Below are positions 58,307 to 64,000 of a stretch of DNA of 64,000 nt, piece by piece. The stretch's first letter is position 1. Every line of letters starts with the position of its first letter. The stretch spans positions 123 through 64,122 of the forward strand of contig MPNB01000009.1 of the NCBI GenBank assembly GCA_002238805.1, written 5' to 3'. This DNA is from Rhodothermaceae bacterium bin80. Lineage in GTDB: Bacteria > Bacteroidota > Rhodothermia > Rhodothermales > Bin80. The position numbers and the translations under genes are program-made. The notes under the pieces were generated by a model, which did no database searches, was not told the DNA's origin, and worked only from the letters and a program-made list of their open reading frames with translations.

Positions 58307-60346
58307 ATGGTAGACAAAATTACAGCATTGGGGGCACAACTGGACCATAATGGCGTGAACTTTGCCATTTTCAGTGCGCATGCCGATCGAGTAGAGCTCG
58401 TTCTGTTTGATGAGGAGCACAGAATGGAGCGCACAATAGACGTGAGCGGGCGGACCGGGGATGTATGGCATGTTTATGTAGCTGGTGTACGTCCGGGGCA
58501 GCGATACGCTTATCGCGTTTACGGCCTTTGGGCTCCTGACGATGGACACCGGTTTAACGCTGCAAAACTGTTATTGGACCCGTATGCACGCGCGATAAGC
58601 CGAATGCCGCAGTGGCATGAGAGTCTGTTTGGTCACGATCGCAATAAAGACGACAGAGTACTGAATCCGGCAGACAGCGCACCGTACGCCCCGATCGGCA
58701 TAGTGGTCGGTCCCGGATCGACCGCGGACACGAAGGCATCTCCCCGCATACCCTGGACGGATACGGTCATATACGAAACGCATGTAAAGGGTCTGAGTGT
58801 GTTGCATCCAGATGTTCCGCCTGAACTTCGCGGTACTTACCTGGGAGCGGCGTCGAATCCGGTTCTTTCGCACCTTAAGTGTTTGGGGGTTACGACGGTT
58901 GAGCTCCTGCCGGTGCACGCCACTGTGCAGGACGAGCGCCTCGTTCAGGGGGGGCTATCTCAATACTGGGGTTATAATCCGTTGTCTTATTTTGTGCCGG
59001 ATTCACGCTTTGCAGCAGGCGGTGCTGCTTCTGCGGCAGCAGAGTTCAGGGCAATGGTTGATGCCATGCATGATGCCGGGCTCGAAGTCATACTAGATGT
59101 CGTGTACAATCACACGGGCGAGGGCAGTCATGTAGGGCCAACATTGTCCTGGCGCGGCATAGATAATGCTTCTTACTACGTGGCAAAACCAGGACAATCA
59201 CGTTTTCTTTACGACAGTACCGGGTGTGGCAACACACTGCGGGCAGAACACCCGTTTGTTCGCCGTCTCATCATGGACAGCCTGCGATACTGGGTGGAGG
59301 TTATGAACGTGGACGGCTTCAGGTTCGATTTGGCCAGCACTTTGCTTCGGGAACGATGTGAGGTCAACATGCAGAGCGGATGGCTGCAAATGGTGCAGCA
59401 GGATCCCATTCTATCCAAGGTAAAGCTGATTGCGGAACCGTGGGATCTTGGTCGCCTGGGCTATGGCTTAGGTGCATACCCGGCACCATGGAGAGAGTGG
59501 AATGGTAAGTATCGTGATGCTGTACGACGTTACTGGCGTGGAGAGTCGGGTATGGCGGGCGAGTTTGCTACAAGACTGGCGGGTTCCAGTGACCTGTTTG
59601 CGGAAGGGCATCGTCGGCCGTCTTCTTCTATCAATTATGTGACATCGCACGATGGGTTTACGCTTTTGGACTTGGTATCGTATCGCCAAAAGCATAATCT
59701 AGACAACCAGGAAGGCAATAAAGATGGTACGAATGCAAATTACAGTCAGGATTGCGGTAAAGAGGGGCCTTCCGCAGATCAGAGCGTAGTGGCACAGCGT
59801 GATCGTCTGAGGCGCAGCCTGCTGACCACCTTGTTTGTATCTCAGGGAGTTCCCATGATCCTTGGAGGGGATGAGCTCGGACGAACGCAACTGGGTAACA
59901 ATAACGCCTACTGCCAGGACAATGAGGTTTCGTGGTACGACTGGGATATTGATCCATCGAAGAAGGAGATGCTGGAATTTGTTCGCAAGCTTAGTGCCTT
60001 CCGCAAGGCCCACCCATCGCTGCGGCGCAATCGATTTTTAACTGGGGAGGTAGGGACGCATGGTGTACCAGATGCAGTTTGGTGGCACCCGGAAGGGCGC
60101 GTAATGCAGTCTGAAGATTGGGCAAACGTGCGAGCATTTGGTATGTGGCTGGCTGCCCCCGATATGTTGTTGATCTGTTTCAATCCTACGGATGAACCAG
60201 TTCGATTTAAACTCTCTGATGAGTATGCCTGGGGCTTGGGCTGGGGGGAGAGTAGTGTACTAATGGGCTCAGGATCAAAGGGGGATTTTGCAAGCGTGGA
60301 TTCCCAGTCTGTATTAATTCTGTCCGCTCAGCCGTCTGCTCTCTGA
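58307..60346 (+). CDS. glgX: Glycogen debranching enzyme
   Basis: 679 aa. GVNFAIFSAHADRVELVLFD (CBM48). GH13_11 blocks: VILDVVYNHTGEG, GFRFDLASTL, LIAEPWD, YVTSHDGFTL. Confidence 0.9.
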   Translation: MVDKITALGAQLDHNGVNFAIFSAHADRVELVLFDEEHRMERTIDVSGRTGDVWHVYVAGVRPGQRYAYRVYGLWAPDDGHRFNAAKLLLDPYARAISRMPQWHESLFGHDRNKDDRVLNPADSAPYAPIGIVVGPGSTADTKASPRIPWTDTVIYETHVKGLSVLHPDVPPELRGTYLGAASNPVLSHLKCLGVTTVELLPVHATVQDERLVQGGLSQYWGYNPLSYFVPDSRFAAGGAASAAAEFRAMVDAMHDAGLEVILDVVYNHTGEGSHVGPTLSWRGIDNASYYVAKPGQSRFLYDSTGCGNTLRAEHPFVRRLIMDSLRYWVEVMNVDGFRFDLASTLLRERCEVNMQSGWLQMVQQDPILSKVKLIAEPWDLGRLGYGLGAYPAPWREWNGKYRDAVRRYWRGESGMAGEFATRLAGSSDLFAEGHRRPSSSINYVTSHDGFTLLDLVSYRQKHNLDNQEGNKDGTNANYSQDCGKEGPSADQSVVAQRDRLRRSLLTTLFVSQGVPMILGGDELGRTQLGNNNAYCQDNEVSWYDWDIDPSKKEMLEFVRKLSAFRKAHPSLRRNRFLTGEVGTHGVPDAVWWHPEGRVMQSEDWANVRAFGMWLAAPDMLLICFNPTDEPVRFKLSDEYAWGLGWGESSVLMGSGSKGDFASVDSQSVLILSAQPSAL

Positions 60347-61801
60347 GGTGGCGTTGCGCAGCCACTGACCGAATTTTTCGCGCAGTTCGGTCTGCTGTCG
60401 GGGTAAGAGTCTCCAATGCCAGTTTCCAAAAGCAGTGCCAGGAAAATTCATGCGGGACTGACTATCCAGGCCTAGGACATCTTGCACAGGCGTAATCGTA
60501 AGGTCTGCATCCGAAGCCAAGCAGCACTCAATTGCCTTCGGGCAAATGTTTTCGTCGGAGTCAATCTGTAGGTATTCTCGCGCGAACTCTCGCTCATGCC
60601 CGGATAGCGCATCCCACCAGCCGCGAAGAGTGTTATTGTCATGTGTACCGGTATAGACACACTGGTTCGGCCGGTAGTTGTGTGGTAGATGCGGATTATC
60701 CATGCCTGCATCAAAGCCGAATTGAATCACGGCCATTCCGGGAAATGAGTTATCCTGCATCAACTCGACAACATCGGGCGTGATTACCCCCAGATTTTCG
60801 GCGATCACGGGCAGGATTCCGCATTCAGATATTAGCTGATCGAAAAAGATCTGTCCAGGGCCCTTCACCCAACATCCGTGCACGGCGGTGTTTTCGGTAG
60901 CTGGAATTTCCCAGTATCCGGCAAAGCCGCGAAAATGATCCAGACGTACACTGTCGTACAGGCTCAGTGCCCGTTTCATCCGGTGAATCCACCATTCGAA
61001 GCCGCGCTCCGCCATAACCTCCCAACGATAGATGGGGTTACCCCAGCGTTGCCCGGTTTTGCTGAAAAAATCGGGAGGCACGCCGGCTACTACCGAGGGT
61101 TCACCTGCGTCATCTAACTGAAACAATTCAGGGCTTGCCCAAACGTCAGCACTGTCATGCGCGACATAAATCGGCAGATCCCCCATAATCTTCACATTGC
61201 GTTCCCTGCAGTAGCCGCACAGGTTACGCCACTGACCATCGAAAATGAACTGTTCGAACAGATAGAATTGAATCTCCTGCAGATTAGGCTTCAGCGAATT
61301 TTTATCAGGAGAGGTTCGGTCATGTATGGGCCAACTGGTCCATATCTTGTCCTGATGTTTGAGCTTCCGTGCACGGAAGGCGGCGTATGGCAATAACCAG
61401 TCGGCCTCCCTGTTGATGAATGCCTGAAAGTCATCCGTACGGGGCCGCCTGATAAATCGGAAAAATGCCTGCCTCAGCAGTTTTGACTTATATGCTGCAA
61501 CAGACGGATAATCGACGATACCCGGCGGACTGGCAGGGTAGGTGTCAATTTCTGATTTGGTTGCCCATCCGTCCTGAACCAGAAGTTCAGGGCTTATCAA
61601 TAATGGGTTGCCTGCAAATGATGAGGGGCTCGCATAAGGTGAGTCTCCCAGTCCTGCCGGGCAAACTGGAAGAAGCTGCCACCATGTCTGTCCGGTTTCG
61701 ACCAGTGTATCAACGAAGCGGCGGGCTTCAGGCCCAAGATCTCCAATTCCAAAGCGGGACGGTAAGGAAGTAACATGTAGCAGAAGTCCACTGGAGCGCA
61801 T
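60314..61801 (-). CDS. malQ: 4-alpha-glucanotransferase (amylomaltase, GH77)
   Basis: MRSSGLLLHVTSLPSRFGIGDLG start (ATG at 61801; the track ORF begins 30 nt upstream), IMGDLPIYV, RLDHFRGF, YTGTHDNNT. Confidence 0.9.
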   Translation of the reverse strand: MRSSGLLLHVTSLPSRFGIGDLGPEARRFVDTLVETGQTWWQLLPVCPAGLGDSPYASPSSFAGNPLLISPELLVQDGWATKSEIDTYPASPPGIVDYPSVAAYKSKLLRQAFFRFIRRPRTDDFQAFINREADWLLPYAAFRARKLKHQDKIWTSWPIHDRTSPDKNSLKPNLQEIQFYLFEQFIFDGQWRNLCGYCRERNVKIMGDLPIYVAHDSADVWASPELFQLDDAGEPSVVAGVPPDFFSKTGQRWGNPIYRWEVMAERGFEWWIHRMKRALSLYDSVRLDHFRGFAGYWEIPATENTAVHGCWVKGPGQIFFDQLISECGILPVIAENLGVITPDVVELMQDNSFPGMAVIQFGFDAGMDNPHLPHNYRPNQCVYTGTHDNNTLRGWWDALSGHEREFAREYLQIDSDENICPKAIECCLASDADLTITPVQDVLGLDSQSRMNFPGTAFGNWHWRLLPRQQTELREKFGQWLRNATSESRRLSGQN

Positions 61802-61855
61802 AGCAGTCTGACGGCGTAAACAAGCGCGCAAACTTCACTTAAACGATTTCGTGCC

Positions 61856-62314
61856 ATGAAAGCTGACATTTACGTAGAAAGGGCCACATTTAGCGAATTG
61901 CCTCGCTTGTCTCAATTATTTGATGATTACCGACGGTTTTACCGGATGACGTCGGATACTGTAGGTGCAAGTGCCTTTCTTGCGGCACGCATGCGACACA
62001 AAGATTCGGTTATTCTCGTAGCACGGGTAGAGGATAAACCGCTGGTTGGATTTGTACAGTTGTATCCTGCGTTTTCGTCGGTACGTATGGGGGCGATCTG
62101 GATTTTGAATGATCTGTACGTTCAACGTGATTGGCGAGGGCAGGGCGTGGGACAGAGATTGATGGAGGAAGCCAGGATTCGGGCAATGCACAGTGGATGC
62201 ATTGCACTGGAGCTGGCAACTGAGAAAACAAATGCAAGTGCCAAGCGCCTGTATGAGAAACTGGGTTACTCACTGGATGAGACCTTCGATCATTACGCAC
62301 TTGAGCTCACCTGA
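61856..62314 (+). CDS. GNAT-family N-acetyltransferase
   Basis: 152 aa. Acetyl-CoA motif A: LYVQRDWRGQGVGQRLMEEA. Confidence 0.8.
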   Translation: MKADIYVERATFSELPRLSQLFDDYRRFYRMTSDTVGASAFLAARMRHKDSVILVARVEDKPLVGFVQLYPAFSSVRMGAIWILNDLYVQRDWRGQGVGQRLMEEARIRAMHSGCIALELATEKTNASAKRLYEKLGYSLDETFDHYALELT

Positions 62315-62362
62315 TCAGCGGGCGCCAACCCTATCACAAGTAATCATTATCTAAGTGGCCGC

Positions 62363-63100
62363 ATGCAAAATTTATTGATGGAGCTTTCGCGTGAGGACTA
62401 CGCGTACATGATCCGAATCATTGAGGGTCCTTTTGATCGCTGTGCAGACCTCAAGAAGCACCTCGAGGCATTGGATTCGATGAATCACCGGGTAGCATTG
62501 TGTGAGGGTCTCGAAAGAAAAATCCGTTACTTGGGCAGCAGCGACATTGCATATAATTTTCGGAGGGTTATAGGCTCGGAGCCGGGGGCCGATTTCCGGT
62601 ACATTATTCGTGATACAGCACGGTTCCTGAAAGTCCCCTTGGCTGATCAGGGCACAGAGAGGGATTTGCTCGTCCGCATGGCACAGGATTATGCTGTGGA
62701 TGCTTTTTCAAAGTTCACACAAGCCGAACAGCAGCAAATTTTGGAATCTCTCGGCGTTGGGCGGGCGCGTGTGATATCCTTCCTGAAAAAGACGGGTGGT
62801 GTATTTGCCGCACCTGCATTTTTGCAGGCTTTTGGTACACTTGTGGTCGAAGGTTTGATCAAGACAGTTTTGTTCGGACTGACTGCTCGCCTGATTGGCC
62901 TAAAGCTGGCAACGTCACTGTTTGCTTTTCTTTTTGCCCGTGTACCTTGGTGGGCGCACGCCATCATACCTGCGGCATGGACGATCTCAATTGGATTGAC
63001 TGCGCTGGATCTCCAAGGACCTGCCCGGCGCAAGGTAGTGCCGATTCTGCTCTATCTGGGGCTCAGCTGCATGCGCCTGGATGCCGAGAAGCAGGGTTGA
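62363..63100 (+). CDS. Hypothetical membrane-associated protein, possibly YaaW/UPF0174-like
   Basis: 245 aa. Soluble N-terminal half (..KIRYLGSSDIAYNFRRV..IIRDTARFLKV..) and two or three hydrophobic C-terminal segments. The family assignment comes from memory only. Confidence 0.35.
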   Translation: MQNLLMELSREDYAYMIRIIEGPFDRCADLKKHLEALDSMNHRVALCEGLERKIRYLGSSDIAYNFRRVIGSEPGADFRYIIRDTARFLKVPLADQGTERDLLVRMAQDYAVDAFSKFTQAEQQQILESLGVGRARVISFLKKTGGVFAAPAFLQAFGTLVVEGLIKTVLFGLTARLIGLKLATSLFAFLFARVPWWAHAIIPAAWTISIGLTALDLQGPARRKVVPILLYLGLSCMRLDAEKQG

Positions 63101-63312
63101 TATCCAAATTATAGGAATTACCCGTTTAAGTGAAACTTTGTTGCCGATTACTTGGATCTCCGTTTGGTCGGCTTTGCCTGGAAAAGAATCCTCTCCACTT
63201 CTTTGGGGGTCCTGCCACGATAGAACGGATTAATCGCCGGTGTATGGGATCGTTTCTCCAAGAGTCGTAACCGCTCTTGCTTCTTTGCGCTGTTCTGAGT
63301 TGGAGACTGGTT

Positions 63313-63558
63313 TCATGAAATCGAGAGCGCAATCGTTAGTGCAGCGCCGATGATGGCAATGACCACGATTAACACATTATACTTTGTGTTCTGAGCATCA
63401 ATTTTTGCGTTTTGGGAATCAATCTTAGACTCCAGCCTTGAAATGAGATTTGTCGATGCCATTTCTCCAATTATATCGATTAACTTGACAGCTTCAGTAT
63501 CTGAAAGCCCTGTCTTTCTTAGAAGTTCATAAGCCTCAGTGTTGTTACCAGTTCCCAT
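63313..63558 (-). CDS. Small tail-anchored coiled-coil protein (DUF1640-like)
   Basis: 81 aa. Coiled-coil middle (LISRLESKIDSQNAKIDAQNTKY) and a C-terminal TM helix (VLIVVIAIIGAALTIALSI). Confidence 0.4.
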   Translation of the reverse strand: MGTGNNTEAYELLRKTGLSDTEAVKLIDIIGEMASTNLISRLESKIDSQNAKIDAQNTKYNVLIVVIAIIGAALTIALSIS

Positions 63559-64000
63559 TCATGTTTTTTGGGTTTGATCCAAGTACCCGCTTATTTCTAA
63601 TTTACGCCTAAATTATGGAAAGTTCCATATTTAATAAAAATGGTGTGTACATTATGCGCAATACATTCTCGTCCGAGAAATCCAACACGTCGGAGCTAGT
63701 TGCAAAACCCATTTTGTTGCAACTAGTGATCTGCCCAATTCGGGGCATAAATTGGTTCAATTTTCTTGGATTACGTGAATGATTGGGATGTGTTCACCGC
63801 TTTCTTCGAACCTCCGAGCGATTGGCCTTCAATGAGGTGTTAACTTGAAGAATTTCGTCCACGATCCGTATGGATTCAACGCATCAATCCCACGGCTTCT
63901 TTGTTCCGGAACCCCCAAATTCTATACGCTGCTGTCAGATGGTCCGGTTTAGTGGACCATGCGCAGCAGCGCATCCACGGTGAGCACAACAACTCCGAAC

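Overview
This 64-kb window looks like it comes from an FCB-group bacterium (Bacteroidota/Rhodothermota/Balneolota-like), because three large secreted proteins end in T9SS-type C-terminal sorting domains (..YPNPF.. motif). Housekeeping backbone: gyrB, a GT2 glycosyltransferase, hflX, a BatA-type membrane protein, a SulP-STAS-cNMP transporter, a beta-lactamase-family hydrolase, a 2Fe-2S ferredoxin, a CCA/poly(A)-polymerase-family enzyme, class II ribonucleotide reductase (nrdJ), and an alpha-glucan cluster (glgE-glgB, glgX, malQ). The glgE-glgB pair is packed head-to-tail with three secreted beta-propeller proteins. Accessory DNA is interleaved. (1) 0.3-3.2 kb: a Dam-type methyltransferase / ParB-Srx-HTH / Mrr-like three-gene module. 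It is followed by an IS graveyard (IS1634-like fragment interrupted by an IS21-like end, truncated SAM-methyltransferase, TonB-receptor stub), a very GC-rich M15-peptidase + HEAT-protein cassette, and relics of a Mob_Pre relaxase and a DUF2335 gene. (2) 18.9-20.7 kb: a T5orf172/GIY-YIG-like + AAA ATPase gene pair inserted between core genes. (3) 26.0-31.5 kb is the strongest candidate for an undescribed system. It is a translationally coupled pair: an AAA_14/DUF4143-type ATPase, then a 1398-aa NACHT-like STAND NTPase with a long helical region and a C-terminal PD-(D/E)xK nuclease motif. This pair is flanked by a decayed GC-rich tyrosine recombinase, an IS4 fragment and an intact ISL3 element with target-site duplication. 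(4) 44.0-47.6 kb: a GC-rich S8 protease with ten plant-type 24-residue LRRs, whose start codon lies inside an IS1634-like relic. I found no rRNA, tRNA or CRISPR array. All functional calls come from motif recognition by eye, with no database search, so family names are hypotheses to confirm with HMM or structure searches.
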